From the NCBI GenBank assembly GCA_964016885.1, contig OZ024740.1, forward strand, positions 374,356,001 through 374,420,000: a DNA stretch of 64,000 bases. Direction: 5' to 3'. Within the stretch, counting starts at the first letter, position 1; each line of letters opens with the position of its first letter. The position numbers and the translations under genes were made by a program. The notes beneath the pieces were generated by a model. That model worked only from the letters and a program-made list of their open reading frames with translations. It searched no databases and was not told the origin of the DNA. Of the stretch, positions 29,419-44,268 are shown in pieces. The stretch comes from Eledone cirrhosa (Eukaryota).

Positions 29419-29579
29419 ATTTTATTTCCTTTTCAGACAGACGCATTCGATCACCGCCTTTCAAAATTTTAAAAGTAGATATCCTGATTTTCCTATAAAT
29501 CAATGCCAGATTTAACAGTTTTCCATGAGCCCGTGACTTGAATATACCAGTTTTTTCTCAAGAACGGCATTCTTTCGTT

Positions 29580-29840
29580 TTTGGCTCTATCCAATCTCCT
29601 GAGTCTTTTTAGAATGCCTCACCCTAGTTTCAGATACAGGTGTGGCGTCCGAAACTTTAAGACTCTTTAAGATACTTTTCATACTCACCACCATATACGC
29701 TGAGCTGGCTAGCCGCAGCTGTGAGACTTGCGAGATGGAATGGCTCTTCCAGTCATTTCCCTTACCAGACGCCGGAAAAACGCCTTCTCCGTTGTGTCCG
29801 CCGGGGCTGTGAGGAGACCAGCACGTGGGACCCATTTGCT
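29580..29840 (-). mobile_element. Probable 5' end of an RTE-type LINE (GC-rich leader and start of ORF)
   Basis: GC-rich leader followed by MVVSMKSILKSLKVS, resembling the start of an APE domain. Weak. Confidence 0.3.
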
Positions 29841-30123
29841 ATCTATACAGAGAGATTGGGTCGGGGAGAGAGATGCAGGCGATAACAATGGGAATTCGGC
29901 TCTTCCACGTTCGGATCATATCCATGTGGTTGTGTTTATTATCAATATAGAAAATTATTTATTTCCCTTATTGTATTAACAGTAATACCCAGTTGTTTCA
30001 GTGTTATAAAGAGTAGAGCAAACATAATTGTTTATTGCGCTGTGCTGTTTGCTTTGTCACTGTTTTTTGCCATTTACATACATATAAATATGTGTACACA
30101 CGCGCACATGCACACACGCACAC

Positions 30124-30164
<41 letters not shown>

Positions 30165-30203
30165 TGAGACAGGTAGTACTGGGTTACATGTTATATATAT
30201 ATT

Positions 30204-30247
<44 letters not shown>

Positions 30248-30281
30248 CGTGTGTGGGTGTGTGTATGTGTGTGTGTGTTTA

Positions 30282-30320
<39 letters not shown>

Positions 30321-31029
30321 GTGTGTGTCTCTCTGTATATATATATATATATATATATGACGAAACTTGCAGAAGAAGAAACTCGTGTCCAAGCGTGGAA
30401 GTACACAGGTATTACATGTTTGTCTATCACTTGTGCATTACATATATATATATATATATATATAAGAATGTGAGGGGGAGAGAGATACACAGAGACGGAC
30501 ACTCAGACACAGCGAGAGGAGATCCAAAGATTTCTTCATTATATAACTAAGTATAAGAATAATGAATATATTATTTGTTAAATCTATGTGTTCCATAACA
30601 GTTTAGATTGTATACTATCGTCAACCGTTAAACCATAATTCTACAAATGGTTTAAGCTTTAAATACTCATACTCAATATATATAACCTCATGTAATCAAC
30701 ATCTAATTAATATCATTAATTTAAATATAGTTAAGAGTCCAACGTGCATAACCGGTAAATACTATCTATATATAATTAATTACAGCGTTGCGGAAAACCT
30801 GCAGATAGATTCTAGCATACAGAAAGATCAAACTACCTTGACATAATTCACCAACTCTGTATTCTGAAGACAAATCACAGAGAGTTTAACTTTGATTTTC
30901 ATTCAAACAGTGTCGATAAAATGAAGTTGTAATCCATGGCTATGGATTTGCGCTATAAAAGGTGTACCAGAGCACTCTATAGTATGTTGTTACCCATTGG
31001 TCTTCTGCTTCAAGCAGGATATGATCTAC

Positions 31030-31330
31030 GTTGGAGCTATACATGATTAACCGACTAGATTACGGCCACCACATGACCATTACGTGCGTATATGGTCGCG
31101 CATTCTTCTACCAGCATTCGAATATGACCACCAGGTAATGGATAATAACTAATGCCGTCGTTCTGCTGCAGGAAAATACGTCTAGCCTGGAACAACTACA
31201 TATTCAAAACTAACTCCATTGGCCAGGGCGTTTAAGCCAAATGCGCGATGATAGGTTGCCTAATCGAAATTGGTGTGTAGATTTAACATTGGTAAACGCC
31301 TCAGACTCAAATCCCTAACTATTTTATAAT
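31030..31330 (+). mobile_element. Decayed RTE/BovB-like LINE C-terminal fragment
   Basis: Translation HWPGRLSQMRDDRLPNR followed, in another frame, by GKR. This resembles RWAGHV.RM.D.RLPK...G.L..GKR. Confidence 0.5.
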
Positions 31331-32343
31331 ACATAGACACCCAAAATGTGTATTGCACACCTCTTGTTTGAACAAACAATACAAGTACGTTAATCTACAC
31401 ACAAGCTGTAATTCAGTACAACCTAACACATCGTCGGGTCGTTGGCGACTAAACCGGCAACTCCACCAAGTTTATTTGTTGAGGAGGGTGTTTTTGGACA
31501 CCCTGCAGGACAAAAAAACAAAACCTGAGAAAGGGCGGAAGATCTCATAAGATTCAACGGCCATCCAAAAATGTATATACATGTATCTACACATGTACAT
31601 AGGTATGTATATGCGCGTGGACATAGGAATAATAAGGCTGGATACCCGATCGCGCGGTTAAACCAGTGCGGGTGAAGGACCCTTAGTCAGGGCATTCTTC
31701 TAGGAGAAGGAAACTCTGGAAACTGGGATAACTCCAACATAAAACCGATGGCTCAGTAGTTACTGATGATGTTGATCTTTTCTTCTTTTCGGGTTATAGC
31801 TACTGTCGCTCAGAGAGTGGGTTTGGCTAAGTGCACAGTCTTTCCTCACTTTAAAAAAGTATCTTCACGCACAGGCGTTGCACGATAGAATTAATTAATA
31901 TTTATTAATAATGTTATATCGTGCAATGGCTATACTCGATAATGAGGTGGCAGCCATCATATATATATAAATGCATTCATGAGTTTTATAAAGAATGATA
32001 ATAATATTCGAGTCTGTTTCAAGCAAACAGGCTCATTACGTTCAGTGTTTTAGATGACTATCGTAATCCTTTTGTTCTAGTGGTGGCAGAGAGAAACAAT
32101 CGACAATGATATTGATCATCGATTAATGCCCTGATGCCAAAATACGTGTATCTCTCTTCTCTGTCATACACTAGAACTCTTGAGAATATATAGTATTTTC
32201 TAAAATATACATCGACTGATTAGCCCGGAAAAACGTTGCCATCTTTTGATCAATTAAACTGTAGTAGTGACGCTCCAAGTGAATAGGAAAATATTTATTT
32301 ATCTTATTTGCATTTCAAAAATATAATATGATATACGCACACT

Positions 32344-32490
<147 letters not shown>

Positions 32491-32616
32491 ATACATATAT
32501 ATATATGTATATATATATCTAAGGCGTTATTTCTTTTCAATGGCTGACAATACCTTACCGGCGCCACTCGAATAAGGTAGTTATTTAACCCATAAATGGA
32601 GCAATATATAAATATA

Positions 32617-32657
<41 letters not shown>

Positions 32658-32661
32658 GTAT

Positions 32662-32693
<32 letters not shown>

Positions 32694-33019
32694 TGTTATA
32701 CTTGGGGAGGAGCGTATTGGTGTAATAATATTGCCAGAAACAATAACAGAACACACTCACTGCTTGGTCGGTTTTCGCTTCTGTATCTTTTATATCATAG
32801 TTATTCCATTCGGCCATCAATGTTTATCACTGACTGAACAACGGTCAAAAATACAGATATAAATACATATATATAGTGTAACAAATTTCTTTTGTTGCAC
32901 ATCTGCAACATCATCAGTCGACTATTATCATGTTTACACTGGTGTATTGTATGTAGTGTAGTGCCTACGCCATTTGTTTCGACACTCGATATCATATCAA
33001 AAACCTTGCAAAACAAATT

Positions 33020-33287
33020 AATCGATAATGCACCTGGAGTCTTTTATTTTTTTAAATATATATTTATTAGGTTCCTTTACCGGTTCCGCAGTTCTTCTGC
33101 TTTCAAAACTAGAATTGAGATGGAGGGTTTGTGGTTTTTGTCACATTGAAAGACCAACCAGATGTGAGAAAAATCACAAACCCTCCATCTCAGTTCTACT
33201 TTAGAAAAGCAGAAGAACTGCGAAACCGGTAAAGGAACCAAATAAATGTATATTTAAAAACAAAAAGACTCAGTTGCATTTTCGATT
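33020..33287. repeat. ~125-bp imperfect inverted repeat (PLE-type fold-back) with decayed hammerhead motif
   Basis: Arms at 33020-33147 and 33162-33287. The right arm contains GCAG-AAGAA-CTGC-GAAAC-CG-GTA. Confidence 0.8.
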
Positions 33288-33367
33288 TCATCATTTTTCC
33301 TCATACTTTCACTCGTGTAGGAGACCTCGGTTTTTTATTCATTTTGTAAAAAAAACATCTCTTTCTA

Positions 33368-33549
33368 TTGTTGCTGATCAGAACGATAAGATGTGAAATA
33401 TGTGTGCTTGTGAGTCCGTCTTCATCAAGTTTGAAAGGAATATTAATAGAACGACTCTAATTTCGTCTTAACGGAATTTTCCCCTCCAAATTGTTGCTGA
33501 TCAGAACGATAAGATGTGAAATATGTGTGCTTGTGAGTCCGTCTTCATC
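33368..33549 (-). repeat. Module Y (PLE 3' terminus), 1.5 tandem copies
   Basis: Near-identical to 34733-34856, which lies at the end of the decayed PLE at 34733-36500. Confidence 0.75.
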
Positions 33550-34732
33550 ACTTTTAGTACGGCTGATACAGAAATGTAAGTATGTATATATACGTACATA
33601 CATATATGTATACAGACGTACAGTAGTATACATACATGCACGCATATATATATGTACGTATCGGTTTATTGAACATTTATTATAATGTTCGGTTTGTTTG
33701 TTTGTAAACAAACAAACAGCCCGAATTACGCCGTACAGTGTTCAGGCAACCATCGTCACCCTTTTTTTCAACACTGACACAGGAACGATGTACTAGTTTC
33801 AAGGTTATTAGTTATCGTCAGCATCGTATACCTTTCTGCCAGACGATTGAACCTCTGAAAGTATATACTTTCCTTATGCATTTATCGGCTGAGCAGCCTA
33901 ATTTGCATATCGAGTGAGTTAGTCGGCCGGGCGCACCGAAAACGTAACATGGAAAAGAATGAATCGAAATTTCATTTCTCACTCTTAGTACGGCTGATAC
34001 TTAAATGTAAGTATGTATGTATACGTACATACATATTTGTATACAGACGTACAGTAGTATGTATATATATATACACACATGCACACATATATATATATAT
34101 ATATATGTGCATATCGGTTTACCGAAAATTTGTTATAATGTTCGGTTTGTTTGTTTGTAAATATATATATATATATATGTGTGTGTTTGTGAGTGCGTGT
34201 GTGTCTATATGTATGTATGTATAAATATGTACACATATATATATATGCACACATACGTACAGATATACAGCCATACTTACATACACATATACATACATAT
34301 ATATAATATATGTTGTTATTTATTTAAAATATACTTACATGAGTATATAGTAATTTTCATTCACACGAATTTTCATTATACTTAATATATGAAATATATC
34401 TCTCATATGATTATAACTGTATTATAGTAGATGTGTATCCTTTCTAATGTAAATTAATTAGCTATGGTGTCAGATTTCGATTATGACAGATAAACTCAAT
34501 TCACCAGAACTACTTAGGATAAAGGTATATATGTATAAATATATATGTGTGTGTATGAGTGTGTTTGTGTGTGTGTGTGCGCGCGGTCAGTATTTATTTT
34601 CTGTTCATAGTCGATATATAATGCGTTACTTTATGTATCAAATCCAGTTATGGCCACCCTTGATGACTAAACATTGTGGTCAGTATGCATGGAAGAACGA
34701 TGGGAAAGCTGATTTCTTATCAGGTGCTACCA

Positions 34733-36500
34733 CAAGTTTGAAAGGAATATTAATAGAACGACTCTAATTTCGTCTTAACGGAATTTTCCACTCCAAATTG
34801 TTGCTGATCAGAACGATAAGATGTGAAATATGTGTGCTTGTGAGTCCGTCTTCATCGTTCTCAGTTGTATGGTGTAGGATATAGTGAGTATATGTGTATC
34901 TGGCACTGATGCAGGAGGCACTCGTACTGTTTAATTGCGTTTCTGTGTATCCGGCATTCGACGTGTGGTGACATATTCGGGTATGATAAACAGTTACTGC
35001 TAAATAGTATCCTAAGTAGAGTTGTAAATCAGATGAGTGGATATTTTGAGAGATTTTCCATGTTGAAATCAAATGGCTTTTAATAAGTAAACAGCATTAA
35101 ACAGCTCATTTTTAGAGTTCCGGAATTATTTTGAAGGGGGCAAATCTTGTGAAATCTTAAAATATTCCAATAAGGCAGAACAGACATATTCTAATTCTAT
35201 TAGTGTATGTTCTGAACAGCTGAAGTATTTTTCATCTTATTTTATGTGAGACTCGTTTACCATTTCACTACCAGATTCGTTTCGCCAGGGTCTTGCTGAT
35301 CGCCGTATCAGAATTCTTAAAGGAGGTGAATGACGACTACATTCGTTGTTTATAACGATTTTGTACCATGGCCGTGAATCTTTCACTGAGGTTCGTTCAT
35401 GGGCGTATGTGTAAGCTTTGCCTCAAATATGAAGGGTTATATAGTAAACGTGCAATGAACAAATCTTAATGCTTATAGAACATCCTGAATTCACTGCGGA
35501 TTTTCTCTTTGCAGTCATGTGAGACCAAATAGATGGGCTGCAGGAATAAACTATTTCCTTGAAGCGCTGTCTCTATATTCTACTGTACCTATTGATAGAC
35601 GCAGCAATAACATAATTTGTTCTAGTTAGTAAAACCCGTATTAACAGAAATTAATACACGTACTATCAACAACACTTACAATTAAAAGTGGAAAAACACA
35701 TCAGTCATATCCTAGCTCAAAATATTCCCCCGTAGGTGTTTGACATGAACTTGTCTCCCCTTTTAGCTGGTACATGGAGGGGGAACTAATAGGAAGCAGA
35801 CTATGTGCCTGATTCTTTTCTATCCCCCGTCTATCGTCTTAGTTGTGTGAACTGGAAAGAAAGTCTCTTGCACTGAATTACAGTCAGACATAACTCAGCT
35901 CATATCATTAAAGTATCTGAGTGGGTAGTAATTTAATGAGTGAATCATCTGAAATCCAAACAGCGTGACTTTTGTGAGAGCAGCTACGGGTTTACAAAGA
36001 ACCTGCATCCCTTGGATGACATCATAAATGCATGGCGGAGAAATCCAACTGTAATGTTATATACCTTTATTTCTGAAAGTCCTTTGAAAAAATTGAGCAC
36101 AGAATTGTGTTGAAGGAACTTTCCAAAATTGGATTCTAAGCAAAGTAACTACAAAGGATTGCCTTTTTCTAGTGAACAGAGTGTAGCGTGTTACGATCGA
36201 AAGAGTTCGATCAAGAACAGCAAAATGCAGCTGTGTTGTCCCACAATACACTTTGATGGTACCACGTATCTTCATTACTTCAATGAGGAAGTTAGGTAAA
36301 TAAAGAATCGCTGTTGAATCGAAGCACCGGTTGGTCCGCATCGGAATCAGTGACCTGACATGCCTTCAAACAGATCTTCTTGCTGTTACAGCCAATATAG
36401 TAAGCTACAAATGGAAGGTAGATTTGAGTTAATCCAATTTAGAAAAGATGAACATAAGTTAGCATATTTGTTTCCTTCGGCCGAAACCTGAATACTTGTC
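34733..36500 (-). mobile_element. Decayed Penelope/Poseidon-like element
   Basis: ORF 36057-36341, PMRTNRCFDSTAILYLPNFL...HF...QSFVVTLL, aligns by eye to PLRPIVS....Y.LAKFL...HF...SFDV.SLFTNV. Its terminal module is duplicated at 33368-33549. Confidence 0.5.
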
Positions 36501-36739
36501 GATAGCAGATGAAGCTGGATTACACATATAAAAAAAAGACAAGACCAACAGGAGGAGTTTCTTGATATATAGAACCTACCGGTTTAAAAATGTTCACACA
36601 CATCTCATTCTCTTATTAAGCTTTGCCCAGTCCCAACATGAATAGTGTTCCCCACACGCAATAAATTAATCGGAAAACTGAAGCACATAGAAATCAATAA
36701 CAAAAATAAACATAGACAGCATGACAATCACTAAATATT

Positions 36740-37023
<284 letters not shown>

Positions 37024-37028
37024 AATAT

Positions 37029-38329
37029 ACAGTTCAAGAGGAACCAATGTTAAAGAGAGATTTGAAGATAGGTGAGGAGAAGAGAGATTGGCGAATTAGT
37101 TAGAAGCCAAAGCGGAAAGGCATGTCTCAATGTGTAATATGCAGTGGAGAGGCAGCTAGGTGGATGGGTTCATGCAGAGGTAAGGTGCACAGAGCTGGAA
37201 ATATTCATTAGTTAAGCAAAACAAGACCACACATTTCACAAGGAAGACATTATTAAAAGATTGTCAACATAGTTTTAGTTTAATGTAAGGAATGTAAATA
37301 ATAATACTAATAGTGTCTGTTTACAATTGTTTCGCTACTCCATATAATGTTTCTGGATCAAATGATTATAGATCATTATTGATCGGGTTCAGTTGAAGAA
37401 AATTAACTTAGGTAAAATTAGAGCAATTCATCGGAAGTTCAAAAGGAAAATAAATTAAGGTAAAAAAGATGGTTACATGAATGTAACCTTCCATATATTG
37501 GTATTTCACTTTGGTGTCCTGGGTTTATCTATTGTCTACCATAGGCGAACAATATCCTTTCTGTCGGTGCTGCAGTATGTGAGATCTGCCTATGGTTAAC
37601 AAGATGGCCGCCAAAGGACATATTTATCTCACTAATTAGAGGGTGGTTTCAGGGGAAGTAGCTCCTCGAGAAATTAGAAATTGTATGTGGTTTATATTTA
37701 AGAAGTGCTAATGAGTTTAAGTGAGAGACAATGTAAGGGAGTTAATTTATAATTGTCTAAGATAGCTATAACTATAAAACTTATTATCTATAAGCAAAAG
37801 TGGGAATAGATGACTATGCTGGGTCAAATATTATGTTGGCGAAGGAATAAGCCCTTCGATGTTGACAGCTAATAATTACCTCCGTTCTATCATTAATCGG
37901 TAGAGGTCGTGATAGGGTTATGTAATAGACTTCAGTAAGACATAGATCATAAGATTTTCTTCGTCAAGGGCACCATAGTGAAGTACCAATATATGGAACA
38001 TTACATTCATGTAACCATCTTTCTTTACCTTAATTTATATTCAGTTTGAAGTTCCGATGAACTGCTCTAATTTTAACTAAGTTAATTATCTTTAACTGAA
38101 CCAGATCAATAATGATCTATAATCATTTGATACAGAAACAGTATATGGAGTAGCGAAACAATTGTAAACAGACACTATTAGTATTATTATTATTATTCTT
38201 GACATTCTTGACATTCCTTATTCTTGACATTCCTTATTATTGACATTCCTTACATTAAACTAAACCAATGTTGACAATCTTTTAATACTGTCTTCCTTGT
38301 GAAATGTGTGGTCTTTTTTGCTTAACTAA

Positions 38330-38330
<1 letters not shown>
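37029..38330 (-). mobile_element. Truncated copy of PLE-A: 3' end plus next-unit leader, with an inverted 5' segment
   Basis: 37029-37200 matches 53997-54180, and 37200-37965 matches 50712-51672 (GIY-YIG tail and pseudo-LTR, without the SINE). 37970-38330 is an inverted copy of 37200-37520. Flanked by (TA)n on both sides. Confidence 0.9.
38051..38169 (+). ncRNA. Hammerhead-like motif of the PLE-A pseudo-LTR (U4C core, large stem II insert)
   Basis: GTT-CCGATGA-ACTGCTC-[80 nt]-GAGTAGC-GAAAC-AATT-GTA-AAC. The same motif occurs at 37319-37437 (-) and 51019-51137 (-). Confidence 0.55.
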
Positions 38331-38384
<54 letters not shown>

Positions 38385-38446
38385 GGGTGTCTCGAAATGT
38401 TACATTAATAGATATAGTCCCGTAGAAACCATTTCTGTATTAAACA

Positions 38447-38488
<42 letters not shown>

Positions 38489-38618
38489 GTAAAATGACGA
38501 ATTGTTATGCCTTCATTACGTTCATTGACTTGTGACGCGCGTTTCGCTTATGATCAGCTCAAGGTTCGATACGTAATAATCTGGCCCGACTCTGGACTCA
38601 AAAGCACAAGAGAGAGTG

Positions 38619-38668
<50 letters not shown>

Positions 38669-38698
38669 GGGGAGAGGGAGATAGAGGGAGAGAGATAA

Positions 38699-38756
<58 letters not shown>

Positions 38757-39049
38757 GGAGGATTTATTACTGCCTTATCTTATTAAAGAATGATTCATGA
38801 CAATCTTAGAATTCTTAGAAATATATTTTTAAGGATGATGTCTCATTCCACGTCGTTTACTGAAATGCATGCTTCAAATTTCATAAATAGTGAACCATAC
38901 TTGAACATTTTTATTTCGCGATTCTAGTTTCCAAATACGGAAATATATGAAATCTGCAATTAAATGCGTCCCTACTCTAAATTTCAAACTAATTGTCTTA
39001 CACATCTTGCTATGTTTTGATTGAAGTATGTAGTAGGATATAGAAAGCG

Positions 39050-39605
39050 GGTGAGAATTTGTTGGTTTAGTGAGAGCTGGATCAATTAAAAGAGTGAAAG
39101 AGATTGAGGGAAGTTAGAGATCCAGTGAGAGAAGAAGATTTGTAAGATGGGGTGAGTTATGTATTGTGAAATAGACAACGGAAGTGATTTTGTTGGTTTA
39201 ATGAGAGAGGGGGAATTATGAGAGTAAAAGAGGGTGAGTATGTGGTGGAATATAGAGAGGAAAAGAGAATTTGGTGCTCCATTGAGAGAGGGTGAATTGT
39301 GAGAGAAAGTGACGTAGTAGTGTGATATGGAGAGGGGTGCTAGCTTAGTGATGTAGTGAGAGGGGGGATTGAGAGAGAGTAAGGTTGTATTCGTATAGAG
39401 TGAGGGATGTATTGGTATAAGGAGACGGGGAGATACATTTTTGGATTAGTGAGAGAGCGGGAATCGTTAGAGAGAGTGAGGTATACATTGAGATAGAGAG
39501 AGGGTGGATGAATTTGGTGGCGTAGTGAGAGATGGGGAATTGTGGCAGAGTGTGACATATGTAGTGTGATAGAGATACTGCGTCATGTAGTGGCTATATA
39601 GAGAG
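39050..39605. repeat. Degenerate purine-rich minisatellite (~70-110-bp units)
   Basis: Variants of GAATTTGGTGGCGTAGTGAGAGATGGGGAATTGT recur near 39055, 39185, 39268, 39435 and 39510. Confidence 0.5.
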
Positions 39606-39722
39606 TGGGTGTAAGTTATAATGTTTTAAAATTGGGTTTCACAGTAAAGTGGCTGTGTATATGAGTGTCTGCATGTGTGTGTGCGCGCGTGTGTGTGTGT
39701 GTTTTATATGTGTGCGGGTTTG

Positions 39723-39855
<133 letters not shown>

Positions 39856-39904
39856 ATGTATGCGGTTCTCTATATGTATGTATGTGTGTTTCTATAAGTA
39901 TTTA

Positions 39905-40228
39905 TGTGTGTTAAAGTGCGTGGTTAGGGTATTCGGCGCTCAATCGTAAGGTCCTGAGTTCAATTCCCGGCGACGTGTTTTGTCCTTGAGCAAGACAATT
40001 TATTTCTAATTGCACCATTCCAATCAACTTGGAAAAACGAGTTGTACCTGTAATGCGAAGGACCAGACCTGTCACACACTGTGTCACACTGAATCTCCCT
40101 TACAACTACGTAAAAGGCACGCATGCGTGTTGAAAGATCAGTCACTTGCACGTTAATTTCACGTGTAGGCTGTTCCGTTGTTCGTATCAACTGCAACACT
40201 CGTCGTCATTACCGACGGAGTGACTCCA
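39905..40228 (+). mobile_element. tRNA-derived CORE-like SINE
   Basis: A tRNA-like head with B-box GAGTTCAATTCC is followed by TGTCCTTGAGCAAGACAATTTATTTC. The head matches 1180-1298. Confidence 0.75.
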
Positions 40229-40340
40229 CATATATGTGTGTGTTTATATATATATATTTAGTTATGTATCCTCTCCCTCTCTCTCACTTTTCACTCTCTA
40301 TTTCTCTCTCACTCCCACTCTCTCTTTTTATACACACACC

Positions 40341-40392
<52 letters not shown>

Positions 40393-40429
40393 ACACACAC
40401 ATATATATATATATCTTCCTTGAAAGCTC

Positions 40430-41730
40430 CCCAGTCATAGATTGCTCTCCTGGAATGAGCCTTACTTTTTCTTAAGCTCAACGCGAATATTACCTATAGC
40501 AAGCTGATGGTCACCGCCCAGTGTACTGAAATAACTGTATGGTTCTGTGTTCCGAATACTATCCCCCACTACCTTCTCTCCAAAATGTAATCAATATGCG
40601 AATTGGACTGGTGCATATCAGAGATGTATGTCCACATCTTCCATGGATTCTTCCTAAACCTTAGGTTGGTTGCTATCAATTTTACCTCCAACAGGGTGTG
40701 CTTCATTATTCTCTCGTTTTGGTTGGTATTGTTATGGATGTACCAGCAAGGAAATTCACTGCTCTCCTGCATTGAAGTCACACATGAAAAGCCGGATGTT
40801 GTGAGCTCGTGTGGCGTTAACAGCGGTACACACTTCCTCATGGATCTCCTCTGCACTCACGTGAATATCCCCCTCGGTTGGACTATACGCTGACATGATT
40901 GTCAGCTTTGGGCTTCTACTGAGGATCACCCTTACCACTCGCGGGGAGACAGGTATTATTGCTCTTACTAATAGATTGTCTCTTGTACACAATACAAACC
41001 TCAATCACCTTACAGCAGCATTAGTTGCGTTCATCACTTCCGATGTGGTGATCAGCTGGCTCTTCTTTCCAATCAAGATTATTCCTGCTGCCATGGTTTT
41101 CATTGATTTTAGGAAGGATTTTGATTATGTGGACCATCATTGCCTGATGAGGATCTTACAGATTTATGGAATCCGCAAGAAGATAGTGGAACTGATATCA
41201 CACTCTATACCAACACCAGAGCCCAAGTCATTACACTTGACGGGATGACGGTGCTCTGGAGAGATACATTGACACCCTATCTTTTAATAATCGCATTGGA
41301 CTATTATATGCTTTACTCTGCTGGTTCAGAGTAGGAGAGTTAACGCGAAAAAGATATGCTGAAGTTGCTGTCGACATAGTTCTAGTGACAAACACAGTGA
41401 AGGAGGCAGAGGAGTTTGTACAGGATGTGCAGACGGTGTCGAGGAGTTTGGGGCTAAGAATAGAAAAAAAGTAACACGAAGTATCTGGTACAAAACATTA
41501 AGAAACCATAACATATTATGAATGTGGGCGGGAAGACGCTGTTGTTCTTTGAGGTCTTCCTGTATCAGGGAGGACAAATTTGGGACAAGGAGGAGGATGT
41601 GGTTTAGAGGAAGGGCAAAGCCTGGGCGGCGTGCCACAGTTTGAGATCGGTGTGAAAGTAGGGCCTTCGAAAATACCTCAGGATCCGTCGCTTCATATTT
41701 ACAGCGCCGTCTCAGATTAGCTGGATAGGC
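40430..41730. mobile_element. Decayed LINE pieces in opposite orientations: APE endonuclease (-) and RT (+)
   Basis: Minus 40430-41075 gives SAYSPTE, FMCDFNA (GDFNA-like) and HIDYIL. Plus 41080-41730 gives AMVFIDFRKDFDYVDH and DTLTPYLLIIALDY. Confidence 0.65.
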
Positions 41731-41828
41731 TCACCGACATTCAGACACACATATACAGACACACGCACACGCAGACACGCACACAGACAAACAAACACAC
41801 ATACAGACAGACACACACACACATACAC

Positions 41829-41865
<37 letters not shown>

Positions 41866-42218
41866 CATACAGATTTAGAAACACTTTCTATTTAGCAGGA
41901 AATATTCGCTATTCACGTCCCGTCCTACCACAAGATATATAATACACATGACTTAATATTCAGTCACCAAATTCGTTCTACATACAGTGATGAAATATTT
42001 GATCCTTTGAAGTCACCTGTTATAATTTCATTTACAATACCACCATCTCTATCTCTCTCTACCATTTTCCTTCTTTGTCTTCTTGTCTCTCTTTCTCTCT
42101 CTCTATTTCTCAATCTCTCTCTCTCCCTCTATTTCTCTCTCTTTATGTCTCTCTTTGAAACTACTCTCTTCCAACGACTATCTATTTCTCTCTATCATTC
42201 TATGTCTCTTGTTATGAA

Positions 42219-42422
42219 GGTACCTGGAAAACCCCGTATCTCGGGAACCCGTGTTCCGATTTACAGGAAACTTATTTTACTCCATTTGTAATCCTATTTC
42301 AGGGGCACCTTTCTTTCAAAGTGTTTTTCCATGTGCTTGTCTCTAATCTAATATAACCAAAATGCTATATTAGATTAGATTAGAGACAAGCACACAATCA
42401 CAGAATTTTAGTAGTATATAGA
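42219..42422 (-). mobile_element. Short Helitron-like non-autonomous element
   Basis: The minus strand starts TCTATATACTACTAAAA and has a GC-rich hairpin CCCGAGATACGGG near the other end, but the terminal CTAG is not intact. An internal inverted repeat lies at 42333-42394. Confidence 0.4.
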
Positions 42423-42988
42423 TTTATATAAATTAATTTGACTTCGGAAAGATGGAATCTGTAAGGAAGGCTGTCGTACGTGTATATATTCAAGATTATC
42501 TGTGGAAAAAAATTAAAACCAAAATCTGAAGCAATCCAAGCAAATTGAGCCGTGAAGAAATATAACAAGAACAGCTATAGTTCACTGAAAGCAATTTCAT
42601 ATTTAAACATTTTAAAATCTCATGAATAATGACACTATCATTTAGAACTTGTCTATATTATTTACTCTCTAATGTTAAGAATACGGTAATAAGAAATATA
42701 CTGTCAACCACAATTCATTAACAGTATCTGGCATTGACGAAATGAAACTTAGAACAACTAAATAAACTGAAAACGCTGAGTACAAACCCAAACTAGATAA
42801 ACTTGATTCCTTCTGCAATTTTCGCTATTTGTAAAATAAAATAAAATAAAATATAAATAAAATAATAATCCATTGACTATGAATAAATTTCTATTCGTTC
42901 TGTCCCCAACATTTGCATTTATATATGAAAAGAAACATTAGATGAATATTCAGTTCATATTACTTTTATACACACACATGCGCGCGTG

Positions 42989-43050
<62 letters not shown>

Positions 43051-43385
43051 GGGAAGTAAGGTTCTATACAAAAGAGTGGTTCTAGATAAAAGGGGAAGTT
43101 GGAAATAGCACGGAAAATATATTTTAGGGGCTGTTTTTTTTTTGTTTTCCTTTGACTCGTCAAAGTGACATTATTGAAAAAATGAGACGGAAAAGTCTTT
43201 TAAAAAAGTGTTTATAAGTTTATAAAGTATATAAAGTATATAAATACCGGTTTCGATGTATTATTAAAATTCATCTTATCAAATGTTGAGTATTACAATT
43301 AAAAAAATTTATAAGAATTTGAAGTTAAAAATTAAAGATTTAAAATTAAGAGGTAATTATTATTTCATTTTCCTTGCTGATATAC

Positions 43386-44264
<879 letters not shown>

Positions 44265-44268
<4 letters not shown>

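Noticed and set aside
29760-29840. HDV-like ribozyme in the GC-rich leader (TCCTCAC loop), and likewise at 31800-31890
   Set aside because: I could not assemble consistent P1/P2/P3 pairings or a J4/2 strand.
34755-34815. Module Y minus-strand CTGATCA...GAAA...GTC as a hammerhead
   Set aside because: G8 is replaced without compensation and stem I does not pair, so the evidence is insufficient.
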